Of a DNA stretch of 64,000 nt, positions 19,978 to 30,100 are shown piece after piece (within the stretch, counting starts at the first letter, position 1; each line of letters starts with the position of its first letter). Location of the stretch: positions 1,184,001-1,248,000 of the forward strand of contig OZ220696.1 in assembly GCA_965116495.1 (NCBI GenBank), given 5' to 3'. The position numbers and the translations under genes were made by a program. This stretch comes from Gammaproteobacteria bacterium (GTDB lineage: Bacteria; Pseudomonadota; Gammaproteobacteria; Eutrophobiales; Eutrophobiaceae). A model generated the notes under the pieces. The model had not been told where the DNA came from. It made no database searches and worked only from the letters and a program-made list of their open reading frames with translations.

Positions 19978-20982
19978 ATGCCGACTATGGTTGACGACAT
20001 ATATGCCAGGACAATCAAGATGTTCGGTTCCCGTCCCGAGCCTGCGTTTGAAACCGCGGCTGAACTCAAGGCTGTCTGGGGCCGGGAGTGGGGCTGTGAT
20101 ACCGACGTGGGGAAATTGAAAACGGTATTGATGCACCGGCCCGGCTCCGAATTCGATATTATCGATACAACCAAACGCATAGAAAGTATCGGCTCTTACG
20201 GCGATATTGAGGAAGGCTGGTATTTCCAGAGTGATACCATTCCTGACCTGCCGTCGATGCAGGCCGACCACGACGGCCTGGTGCGGGTCCTGAAAGAAGA
20301 GGGTGTTGAGGTAATTATGCTGGAAGGGGATATCGGCGGCCGCTTCAAATCCTGTTATACGCGTGATTCCTCCATTGCCGTCAAGGGCGGCGCCATAGTT
20401 TCGCGGCTTGCGCCGAAGATGCGCCGGGGAGAGGAGTTGCCTGTCTCCCGGACCCTGGCGAGACATGGCGTACCTATATTGCATACGATAAATGGCACCG
20501 GGATGCTGGAAGGAGGAAGTTTTGCCTGGTTGAATTCCACAACTGCCGTGGTCGGACGTTCAATCCGGGTGAACAATGCCGCTATCGAACAACTGGAAAA
20601 TACCCTGAAACACCAGGGAGTAGAGCTGATAGTGACCGACCTGTGCGGCTATTCCATCCATATTGACCTGTATTTTCTCATGATCGATGTCAATCTGGCT
20701 CTTGTGAATGCCGCTAACCTGGCATACGTATTTTTGCAGCGATTAAAGCAGCTGAACATCGATACCGTTGAAATCACGCCGGATGATGACCCATGGGTTA
20801 TGAATGGACTGGCTGTTGCACCGGGCCGCGTTATCATGTCTCCCGGATTGTCTGCCGGGACCCGCACAGAACTGGAACGGCGTAATATTGAGATAATTGA
20901 GATTCCCTACGGCAACATGCAGAAAAACGGCGGCGGCATACACTGTTCCACCTGCCCGCTTATGCGCGAGTCAATGGATTAA
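19978..20982 (+). CDS. Amidinotransferase/arginine deiminase/DDAH (pentein) family enzyme
   Basis: LKTVLMHRPG.E, YTRD, EGG, HID, C-terminal GGIHCST. Confidence 0.9.
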   Translation: MPTMVDDIYARTIKMFGSRPEPAFETAAELKAVWGREWGCDTDVGKLKTVLMHRPGSEFDIIDTTKRIESIGSYGDIEEGWYFQSDTIPDLPSMQADHDGLVRVLKEEGVEVIMLEGDIGGRFKSCYTRDSSIAVKGGAIVSRLAPKMRRGEELPVSRTLARHGVPILHTINGTGMLEGGSFAWLNSTTAVVGRSIRVNNAAIEQLENTLKHQGVELIVTDLCGYSIHIDLYFLMIDVNLALVNAANLAYVFLQRLKQLNIDTVEITPDDDPWVMNGLAVAPGRVIMSPGLSAGTRTELERRNIEIIEIPYGNMQKNGGGIHCSTCPLMRESMD

Positions 20983-21004
20983 CAGGTGGTGTCATATCAG
21001 GTAA

Positions 21005-21871
21005 TCACAGAAACCCGCGCAATTCTGCAATAAACTGCTCCAGCTGATCATGGTGCGGCCAGTGGCCGGCATCGTCATACAGGGAAACCTCTGCGTTGGC
21101 GAAATAGTTCAGTCTGCCGTCTTCAGCAGGGTTGGATGCCCAACTGTCCTTGCCGTAGATTAAACGGGTTGGACAGGTAATCGAACCCCAAAGCACCTTG
21201 ACGACCTCCGGGTCCAGGTCGACAGGCGGCATTACGCGCACGCAGTTATCGAATTTCCAACTGTAGCTGCCGTCTTCGTTCTGGATGATGCCGTGGTCGG
21301 TGAGATGGCGGGCCTGCTCATCCGACAAATGACTGTTGGCCGACTTCATGCGCCGGTAAGCTTGCGCCAGGGAGTTGTAGCGTTTCGGCTGTCTCCCAGA
21401 CAACTGCCGCCGCTCATCAATCCAGCTACGCAGGCGCTGCGCCATAGGCACACTCTCCTGGTTCGCCTGGGTTTCCGGCGGCAACCCCAGGCCTTCAATA
21501 GCAACGAGTTTGCGTACCGCCTGTGGATACAGGCCCGTGTAGCGCAATGAAACAGAACCGCCCAGGGAATGGGCGACAATCGTGACCGGTTGCAGGTCAA
21601 GCTGGTGTATCAACTGGGCCAGGTCGTAGACAAAAGCCGACATCGAATAAGTCCCGTCCGGCGACCAGTCACTGTCGCCATGCCCCCTGAGGTCGGGCGC
21701 AATAACGTGCCAGTCCTGCGCCAGTTCGCGCGCAACCCAGTCCCAGCTCCGGCAATGGTCCCTGTTTCCATGTACCAGCAACAGCGGCGGCGCACCAGGA
21801 TTGCCCCAATCAACATAGTGCAGGCGCAGGCGCTGGGAAATATATATATGGGAGGTAGGCCCGGTAATCAT
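21005..21871 (-). CDS. Alpha/beta hydrolase
   Basis: LLVHG, DLRGHGDS, AHSLGG nucleophile elbow, AGHWPH. Confidence 0.92.
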   Translation of the reverse strand: MITGPTSHIYISQRLRLHYVDWGNPGAPPLLLVHGNRDHCRSWDWVARELAQDWHVIAPDLRGHGDSDWSPDGTYSMSAFVYDLAQLIHQLDLQPVTIVAHSLGGSVSLRYTGLYPQAVRKLVAIEGLGLPPETQANQESVPMAQRLRSWIDERRQLSGRQPKRYNSLAQAYRRMKSANSHLSDEQARHLTDHGIIQNEDGSYSWKFDNCVRVMPPVDLDPEVVKVLWGSITCPTRLIYGKDSWASNPAEDGRLNYFANAEVSLYDDAGHWPHHDQLEQFIAELRGFL

Positions 21872-22626
21872 TACTGCACAGATATATCGCAGCCCAGGAA
21901 ATTTCTATTCTGACTATGAGCGGCTTCCATTACAGAAAAAGAACCTGCCGCGGGATCCACAATAATATCTCCCTCATTGCTCACTGACGCGATTAACTTG
22001 CTTTGCAAATCAACCGGCTTTCGGTGCGGGTTACCACCGTTGTTTTTTACCTGTTCTGTCCATACATCCGGAATATTATGTAATTTCCACACTCCCTTGG
22101 CTTTGCGGGGCTGTTTTTGAAATATGACCAGATACTCGCCCATTCTCCGGGTGCGGTAGCCCATGCCCATCCTGTTTTTGTTCCAGACAATCATGTCCAC
22201 GACATCAAGATTAGTGCCGTCAATCCAGGGTTTGAAACCCTGGCACAGGTGGAATTTATCTATCCATAAAAACAAGTGGCCTGATGGCATCAGTATTTTG
22301 TCAATTCCGACAATGAACTCCTTTATTTTCAACTCCGTCATTTGCAGCAGGCTAGACCGCCTCTTTCCGCGTTGCTTCCCTTCATTCCCATAACTCATCT
22401 TATCCAGTAACCCTCGATATTGAGGGTCAAAGAAAACTATGGGAAAGGAACCAGCGGGCAGCATTGAAAGAAACTCCAATCCGTCCATTTCCAACTTGGA
22501 ATTGAGTATCAATTCACGGGACAGGTTTATCTCGGGCTGTATGATATCCCGATCAGGTGAATAAACAGAGGGGGTTGCTTTATTAGATGAATCCGGTTCC
22601 GCGCGTGCTTCTACTGTATTTGACAT
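21871..22626 (-). CDS. Orphan N4C/N6A DNA methyltransferase (beta-class order)
   Basis: Motif IV FDPQY, H.KP..L, motif I IVDPAAGS, RNFLGCDI. Confidence 0.85.
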   Translation of the reverse strand: MSNTVEARAEPDSSNKATPSVYSPDRDIIQPEINLSRELILNSKLEMDGLEFLSMLPAGSFPIVFFDPQYRGLLDKMSYGNEGKQRGKRRSSLLQMTELKIKEFIVGIDKILMPSGHLFLWIDKFHLCQGFKPWIDGTNLDVVDMIVWNKNRMGMGYRTRRMGEYLVIFQKQPRKAKGVWKLHNIPDVWTEQVKNNGGNPHRKPVDLQSKLIASVSNEGDIIVDPAAGSFSVMEAAHSQNRNFLGCDISVQ

Positions 22627-22855
22627 GACCCTCTCTCTTTGCATGATTACGGTGGTTAGCACAACGATATCCATGATTAAATTGGACAGTCCCGGGAACT
22701 GCATACATCCAATTTAGCTTATTTTTCATGTCTATTAATTGTACAACGGTAATGATTGCAGCATTAGCTATCTTAACCTGGAAACAAACGAGACATCGTC
22801 AGTTACAAGTTAACATTTTATGACGGAATTTCCTAGTTTAAGGAGTGTTAAGGAG

Positions 22856-22884
22856 TTGACAGGCTGAAAAGCAGGACATAGACT
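22856..22884 (+). promoter_or_regulatory. Sigma70-type promoter inside the inverted-repeat cassette
   Basis: TTGACA-17 bp-TAGACT. Confidence 0.7.
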
Positions 22885-23028
22885 TGTTTATGCTGCTAGC
22901 TGCAACCGGGTCGCACCGGGTTTTGTTAGGGGCAGGTTCTCACTGCCTGCCCCGATTCTAACAACAGTTCAATCTTCGCGTACACTTATCGCAAGTTCAA
23001 ACCTGTCCTGCATAATAGAATCGATAAG

Positions 23029-23439
23029 ATGAGAATATATGCCATACCGCTTTTATCGATCGCCCTGTTTGTATTGCTTGGGTGCTACCAGACTGTTCCA
23101 TCTTCAACAACTGAAACCTGGCGGTGCTTTGCGCGACAAGAATGGAAAGAAGCCAGAATTCTTCATGGCCGCAACCCACGAGGGAGTGGCGTTGTTCGGC
23201 TGACGCGCTCCTTAGAGGGAAACAAAGAAACTGCGGCAGGCACTGTAACTACAGCAGGAGTAACTTACCAAGCTGTATTCAAACTTGTTGGGACCACAAA
23301 ACTCTGGGCTTATACGTCACAGGGGCGAGAGGCATACTTTCTAATTCTGCCAGACGGCCAAGGTTCTGGAGCAATAGTGAACGCATATGGCGAAAGACAT
23401 GTGACAACACCCAGAACTCTTCAATGTGTGTCTCCCTGA
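23029..23439 (+). CDS. Hypothetical lipoprotein
   Basis: Hydrophobic N-terminus ending in an LLGC lipobox; 136 aa; family not recognised. Confidence 0.65.
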   Translation: MRIYAIPLLSIALFVLLGCYQTVPSSTTETWRCFARQEWKEARILHGRNPRGSGVVRLTRSLEGNKETAAGTVTTAGVTYQAVFKLVGTTKLWAYTSQGREAYFLILPDGQGSGAIVNAYGERHVTTPRTLQCVSP

Positions 23440-23470
23440 CATCATCAATACCTTAAACTAGGAAATTCCG

Positions 23471-23758
23471 TCACTTGTTTATCACATTAATCACTGCTGT
23501 TGGATTGTTATCGACTATTTTAAGTAATACTCGAGCCGTACCTCTCGGTACGCGAAGCCCTTGCTCCCAGTGACGTAGCGCTCCAAGCGAAATACCGAAA
23601 GTAGCACAAAACCGCTGCTGACTCATACCGGTTTTCTTCCGAATGGCTTTGACATCGATTGCTTCAGGCCGATGTGTCCTGACTCTCGATTTATCTCCCC
23701 TGGCATGGGAAATTGCGTCTTCCAGACCGGCAGCTATTTCAGTGTATGCTTTGCCCAT
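23471..23758 (-). CDS. higA: HigA-type HTH antitoxin
   Basis: DVKAIR...GMSQ..F...GIS...LRHWEQG.R.P.G.A. Confidence 0.85.
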   Translation of the reverse strand: MGKAYTEIAAGLEDAISHARGDKSRVRTHRPEAIDVKAIRKKTGMSQQRFCATFGISLGALRHWEQGLRVPRGTARVLLKIVDNNPTAVINVINK

Positions 23759-24092
23759 TTTTTTGCCTCCAGAATACCACCAGCTTTTCGACTACTTTAG
23801 CCAGAAGATTTCTTTCCGTTTTCGACAAACCGGCTTTTTCGTTCTTGCCAAATGCCGTCAGCAGATACAGCGGCATAGTTTCATCATAAAAATAATAAAC
23901 AACACGGATTCCACCACTTTTACCCCTACCAGACCGCGCCCAGCGCAGTTTACGAATACCTCCGCTTCCCTCCATAATCACTCCGGCACAGGGATGCTCA
24001 GAGAGATAAGTGATCAAATCTTCTCGTTCACTATCCGACAGTAAACGAGATACTTTCCTTTGAAACATCCTTGTCTCAGCAACAGTAATCAT
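23739..24092 (-). CDS. higB: HigB/RelE-family toxin
   Basis: GSGGIRKLRW...GRGKSGGIRVVY...KNEKA; toxin-first gene order. Confidence 0.88.
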   Translation of the reverse strand: MITVAETRMFQRKVSRLLSDSEREDLITYLSEHPCAGVIMEGSGGIRKLRWARSGRGKSGGIRVVYYFYDETMPLYLLTAFGKNEKAGLSKTERNLLAKVVEKLVVFWRQKNGQSIH

Positions 24093-24172
24093 ACAACGAT
24101 AATATGCTACAATGGAGTACTATTCAATGAATATTTTCGAGCGTGCTCATCCGTGCTTGAGATTGTTGCCAT

Positions 24173-24619
24173 CTACATCAGACCCCGTTCGGCCATGGAC
24201 GTCACGGTCTTGTCCCCGACAACGAGACGGTCCAGCACGCGCACGTCCACCAGGGACAGGGCCTGGGTCAGCTTGACGGTAATCTGCCGGTCGGCCTGGC
24301 TCGGCTCGGCGATGCCGGAGGGGTGGTTGTGGGAGAAGATGATGGCTGCGGCATTCAGCTGCAGGCAGCGATTCACCACCTCGCGCGGGTACACGCTGGC
24401 GCCGTCGATGGTCCCGGTGAACAGAATCTCGTTACTGATGATGCGGTGGCGGTTATCCAGGAACAGGCAGGCGAACACCTCCTGCTCGAAACGGCTCAAC
24501 CAGGCCCTGAGGTAGTTCTTGGTCTTGTCCGGGTTGCTCAGCACCGGGTGGTCACGGGCCTCTGCAAGGTGCAGCGGGTGAACCGGGCCGGGGTAGAGTG
24601 CGGGCACCGATGCCGGCAT
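24173..24619 (-). CDS. radC: RadC-like JAB/MPN domain protein (short, N-terminus possibly degraded)
   Basis: [34 protein letters not shown]. Confidence 0.85.
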   Translation of the reverse strand: MPASVPALYPGPVHPLHLAEARDHPVLSNPDKTKNYLRAWLSRFEQEVFACLFLDNRHRIISNEILFTGTIDGASVYPREVVNRCLQLNAAAIIFSHNHPSGIAEPSQADRQITVKLTQALSLVDVRVLDRLVVGDKTVTSMAERGLM

Positions 24620-25163
24620 AGGTCGCCGGCGCAGCGACCGCCGGTTGGATGAAACGGACTGTGTTGGCGTGTTATTTGTTCATACGGAGAACATCACACA
24701 CAGTCGGCAACCATGCTTTCCGGTAATGAGCGAAACCACAAATCTCCAAGCGTTTTTCTCAACATCCACGCCACCACGTCAGCGTTCTGAATGGGACATG
24801 ACTTGTTTATGCCGTTGGATGAGCCTGGACCAGCAGGTGCTGTCCGGATTGTCGGTAAGGGGATTGGAGGTTTGGGCCGAGAACACGTCCGCGTTGTCGG
24901 GCGGCCTTAACACCAGGGTCGGACTGATGTGGTGTCGGTCACGCAGGTGTCGTCCTTGCGGCAGTCATCATCGATAATCTAATCCGTATGGCGTTTTGCA
25001 TGTTCATTCGTCGGGTAACTATAAACACCCTGAACTTGGTAAACTTACATACTCGGTTGAAGGTTGCTGTCATAAGTTGGCAATGTTTTCAGCCATGTCT
25101 TCCGGTAACACCTTCCAATAACGTATTTGATAATATAGTATCAATCGATTAGACTAATAACTC

Positions 25164-25457
25164 ATGATTGATAGCATACTTTCACAGTATCAGTTGCCGG
25201 GTGATATCCAGCATTCGTTGTCGGCCTCGTTCAGGACCGCGCGGCAATTCAGAAAGCACAGCCGCAAAGAGGCAAGCAGCCGGAGCGGTGTGCCGGAGGG
25301 GACTATTCGGCGATTCGAGGATACCGGCGAGATATCATTGAGACAGCTGCTGATGTTGTGTGATGTTTACGGCAGTCTTATCACCGCCAGCTCGATGTTT
25401 CCGAAACCTGAGCCACAAAGCATGGACGAGCTGATTGCGATGGGTAATTCCAAATGA
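25164..25457 (+). CDS. HipB-like XRE HTH antitoxin
   Basis: SRSGVPEGTIRRFEDTGEISL HTH; overlaps the hipA start. Confidence 0.8.
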   Translation: MIDSILSQYQLPGDIQHSLSASFRTARQFRKHSRKEASSRSGVPEGTIRRFEDTGEISLRQLLMLCDVYGSLITASSMFPKPEPQSMDELIAMGNSK

Positions 25458-26806
25458 AACTGCTGACTGTCCTCTACCACGGTTTCGGCGCAGGCAAGCC
25501 AATGAGAATGGGGCGTCTGGCCTGGCATGAACAGCATGCCTGGTTTGAGTTTTCGGCAGACTTTCTGCAACACAACACCTACCCGTCTCCTTTTTTCCTT
25601 AAGTTGACAACAAAATTACAGAAGGGGCCAACAAAGCCCTTCAACGGATTGCATGGATTATTCAGCGATTCCCTGCCGGATGGCTGGGGGCTTTATCTCA
25701 TGGACAAGGCGTTCAGACAGACCGGACGAGACCTTGCCGCGATCACCCCGCTTGACAGGTTAGCCTATGTGGGCAATCGAGCAATGGGGGCAATATCGTA
25801 TGAACCGGATGAGATGGAAAACGCAGAACGCGACGGGAGTATGGAGCTGGATATGGCGACAGTCGGACATGAAGCGACCAATTTGTACCTGGGGGAACTC
25901 TCGGACGTGCTGGCGCATCATGCAATTAATGGGACGCCCTCTGCCGGGGCCAGGCCGAAAATCCTCATCGGCATAAGTGGTGACAGCGCGATTGAGGGCG
26001 CCGGCGATCTCCCGTCTGGCTATGCCCATTGGCTGGCCAAGTTCCCAACTGGACGAACACCCGATAAAAAAACGGAAGGCACTATAGAGTATATCTACGC
26101 GCTGATGGCCCGCCGGGCCGGCATCAATATGAGTGAAACAAGGCTTTCACCCAACCGGGACGGCAATGCGTATTTCATGACGCGCCGCTTTGACAGAACG
26201 GCGGGTAACCGTCGTCACCATGTGCACAGTGTGGCCGGTATGTTGAACACGGACTTCAGGATCGCCAACCTTGACTACAAGGACCTCATAAAACTGTGTG
26301 GCTTGCTGACACATTCCCATACGGAGAAGGTAGAGCTGTTCCGGCGCATGGTCTTCAATGTGTTATCCGGCAACCGGGATGACCATACAAGGAATTTCGC
26401 CTTCATGTTGACGGACAAAAACGAATGGGTCAATACGCCGGCGTATGACGTCACCTGGTCCCGGGGGATGGTCGGCGAACATACCATGAGCGTTAACGGA
26501 AAGGGCAAGGATATCCGTCTTGATGATATTCGTGCTGTCGCCAGGACTTCATCGATAACCGGACAGGATGTGAACAGCGTCGTTGATAGCGTCATGGAAG
26601 CGGTTTCCGGCTGGCATTCCTTGGCACTGCAATACGATGTGCCGTCTGAACAACGCCAGGACATACAGCAATATTTGTTGCGTCAGCAGCGCGCGCTCTC
26701 AACCGCAGCCGTGTCCGTTTCACCGGTAGAAAACGATACCTATCACATGGAACACATAACAGACAAGGACGACGTGTCTGAGCCTTCGATGGAGCGCCAA
26801 GCGTAA
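25454..26806 (+). CDS. hipA: HipA-family kinase toxin
   Basis: FSDSLPDGWG, SAGARPK, RRFDR, GNRDDHTRNF, PAYD. Confidence 0.92.
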   Translation: MKLLTVLYHGFGAGKPMRMGRLAWHEQHAWFEFSADFLQHNTYPSPFFLKLTTKLQKGPTKPFNGLHGLFSDSLPDGWGLYLMDKAFRQTGRDLAAITPLDRLAYVGNRAMGAISYEPDEMENAERDGSMELDMATVGHEATNLYLGELSDVLAHHAINGTPSAGARPKILIGISGDSAIEGAGDLPSGYAHWLAKFPTGRTPDKKTEGTIEYIYALMARRAGINMSETRLSPNRDGNAYFMTRRFDRTAGNRRHHVHSVAGMLNTDFRIANLDYKDLIKLCGLLTHSHTEKVELFRRMVFNVLSGNRDDHTRNFAFMLTDKNEWVNTPAYDVTWSRGMVGEHTMSVNGKGKDIRLDDIRAVARTSSITGQDVNSVVDSVMEAVSGWHSLALQYDVPSEQRQDIQQYLLRQQRALSTAAVSVSPVENDTYHMEHITDKDDVSEPSMERQA

Positions 26807-26968
26807 TACCAGGCTTTGTTGGTACCATTCTGCGACCTTGCACCCTGTCGCCATTAGTTTAAAACCGCCGCTCTCCCTTCTATAATCCGCCCAACGTTCT
26901 TGTCCCAGCGAATATTATTTGACTCCACTCTTAAAACCGGGCCATTTCAAACTGTACCTGTTTCGGAC

Positions 26969-27091
26969 TCACATATAATGATTCAGAAGCTCAATGTCAT
27001 GGGTGAAAATGTCCGCCGACAGGTAAAACGGCTGTTCTTGGGAATAACCGTCCCGATAGTCGGCAATCACTCGAACGATACTATTGTTCAT
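26969..27091 (-). pseudogene. N-terminal stub of a GbcA-like Rieske oxygenase
   Basis: Manual translation MNNSIVRVIADYRDGYSQEQPFYLSADIFTHDIELL then stop; resembles the (G)YSLxQPFYxxxxIF start of such enzymes. Confidence 0.45.
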
Positions 27092-27163
27092 GGTTGAATA
27101 TTATATAATCAGGAATAATTTCCTTACGAGTAAAATACTACCCAAATCTCGCCGTTTCGTTAA

Positions 27164-30100
27164 ATGACTGCTGAACAAACCCTTTGGGGGACAGAGGCAT
27201 CCCCTTATAACCTCAATCCTCCTGATAACTCACTGTGGTGGTTGATTAAACGTCTCTATGGCGAAGGCTATGATTTGAGTGACGCAGCAGTTACTGAGGC
27301 AATCAACTCGTATACAAGAAACTTCACAGTCCCAATCCGGAATGGTGTCATTACCGTTCACATCGAATCATTGCCGCCCGAGCAACAACAGGTCGCTTTA
27401 CGCGCAACCGAATCCTGGGCGATGCTTATCGGCCATACTGTTACCATCGATAACCGCTCTGTCAATGATAACCATGCGCCCGTGCTGCTTTTTACCAATG
27501 AAGATGCCTACAGCGCAACAGGAAGCAATTATATTGCCGGTTATGGAAGAGGATACGACAGGCTGAGTGGCATGTGGGAAATCACCGGCACAATAAATGT
27601 GCCAACAAGTTTCTACGACGCTACAAACAGCATATCTGCCTATATTCATGAAATCGGTCACTCTCTCAGTCTTGATCATCCTGGCCCATATACTGTTACC
27701 GGTGACCAGAGCACATTTATAAACGGCGACCCCCTGGACCGATTCGATGCGCGCGTTTTGTCCAATGACCACGACCGTTTCACCGTCTTGACCTATTTCC
27801 CCCCACTGGATGAAGAAAACCGTGAAATCCCATATGAACCCGTTACCCCGATGCTCGCAGATATCCTGATCATTCAATTGCTGTACGGCAAGGGAGAAAA
27901 AATCCACCACGGCGATACGGTGTATGGCGTCAATGCCGATACCGGTTCCTTCCTGGAACACTACTTTCCGGACATGGCTGAAGAAAACTACGCGCTGACC
28001 CTGGTGGATACCGGTGGTTATGACACACTGGACTTCTCCGACCACGACCCCGCGGCACACGATCAAACACTGCGCATTAACCTGAACCCCTACTGGAGTT
28101 CGGATGTGTATAACACGCCGGGTAATGTCATCATCGGCCCCGACACCTGGATTGAGCGGGCCGTAGGCGGTGCGGGTGATGATCACATTACCGGCAATAT
28201 CATTGACAATGATCTCGTCGGCAATGCCGGTGATGACACGTTGCTGGGTGGGCCCGGCAACGACACACTGCACGGTGGACCCGGTCGCGACATCCTGGAC
28301 GGGCACACCGGATCGGACACCGCCGATTACTCGGACTCCCCTGTGGGAATAGATGTAAATCTGGACACCGGCACGGCCCGAGGGGGCGATGCGGCCGGTG
28401 ACACGTTGATTTCCATCGAAAATCTCACCGGTTCATCTTACCGGGACACCTTGACCGGCGATGCCAACGATAACATCCTGGGGGGTGGGGCAGGCGCTGA
28501 CCGGTTGGACGGCGGACCAGGCCAGGACACTGCCGCTTATACTACCTCTGACAACCGGGTTCAGATAAACCTGGCCACAGGCAGCATCAGCGGCGGTGAT
28601 GCCGCGGGCGATACGTTCCTGTCCATTGAAAACCTGGCGGGCTCCGGACACAACGACAGTTTAACCGGCGATGCCGGCGATAACGTCCTTACGGGGGAGG
28701 CAGGCGCTGACGTTCTGGTTGGCGGGCCAGGTATTGATACGGCGAGTTACCTGAGCTCTGATACGTCAGTCACCGTGCGCCTGCATGCCTTGCTGGCCAC
28801 CGGTGGCGATGCAGAAGGAGATGTTTTCGGCGTCACCATGACCGTCTCCTACATGCAACCCGACGGCGCGACGGCAACCGAAACCGTGCCCGATATCGAG
28901 AACCTGGCCGGCTCAGACTACGACGATATCCTGGCTGGCGACCGGCGGGATAACGTCTTAAACGGTTACGCCGGTCACGACAAACTGTACGGCGGCCCGG
29001 GCGGTGGCGATGATACGCTGTCAGGTGGCAGCGGTGATGATTCCCTGTATGGCGGGCTTGGTATGGATTTACTCGTCGGTGAAGGTGGCCACGACGCCCT
29101 TATTGGCGGGGCGGGGAATGACACCCTGGACGGTGGTGACGGTGATGATACCTTGCGGGGTGGGTCGGGCGCAGATGTCTTGATGGGTGGCGCCGGTCTC
29201 GACCGTGCCGATTATTCCGACTCGGACAATGCCGTCACCGTACGCCTGCACTCGCTGGCTAGCGCGGGCGGTGATGCGCAGGGAGATATCTTCGGCAACA
29301 CCATCCCCGTTGCCTACCGGCGGGCCGACGGGAGTACCGGGGTCGAGTCATTGCCTGACATTGAGCACCTGACGGGATCAGCGCATAACGACATCCTGGC
29401 GGGTGACCGGCGAGATAACGTCCTCATCGGCGGTGGCGGTGACGATATCTTGTATGGTGGGCCCGGAGGGGGCAACGACACCCTGTTCGGAAACAATGGC
29501 AACGATACCTTGTACGGCGGATTGGGTGATGACGTACTGAACGGAGAAGCCGGTGATGACCAACTCAAAGGTGGCGCCGGCAACGATATCCTGAAAGGCG
29601 GGACAGGGCGCAATACTCTGGATGGCGGCACGGGTCGGGATAGCGCGAGTTTTGAATTTGCCGCCGCCGGCATCACGGCAAACCTTGATGACCCAGCGGA
29701 ATCGGATAACCTGGTCAGACAGAATACGCTGGTTTCCATCGAGAACCTGACCGGGTCAAACTACGGCGACACGTTAATCGGCGATGCAGGTGATAACGTT
29801 CTTGCCGGCCTGAACGGGGACGATGCATTACATGGAGGCCCAGGGGATGACGTGTTACGCGGCGGGCCCGGCGCCGATGTCCTGGATGGCGGCGACGGCA
29901 TGGACACCGCCGATTACAGCCAGGCCACGTCCGGCATCCTGCACACGGAAGGGGATACACTGAACGACGTCGAAATTATCATCGGTTCGGACTATCGCGA
30001 CCACCTGTTCGGTCCCGACACCCAACCGCATGAGTCGTATGCTTCAACAGGAACGTATACTTTCTATCGGAGCAGAACCAGCGAAGATATTACCATTCAA

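Larger units (their letters stand above)
22821..23473. mobile_element. Transposase-less 653-bp cassette bounded by perfect 23-bp inverted repeats
   Basis: TGACGGAATTTCCTAGTTTAAGG (22821-22843) is the exact reverse complement of 23451-23473; no target-site duplication found. Confidence 0.7.

Noticed and set aside
22925-22962. Possible integron attC site
   Set aside because: The order is GTTAG...CTAAC, the reverse of RYYYAAC...GTTRRRY; no intI and no other attC sites seen
24645-24977. 110-aa ORF upstream of radC
   Set aside because: No RBS or motif; probably decayed mobile-element DNA
25037-25048. TTGGTAAACTT match to the IS1634 terminal repeat
   Set aside because: Only 11-12 bp, lacks the terminal GGG and has no partner end
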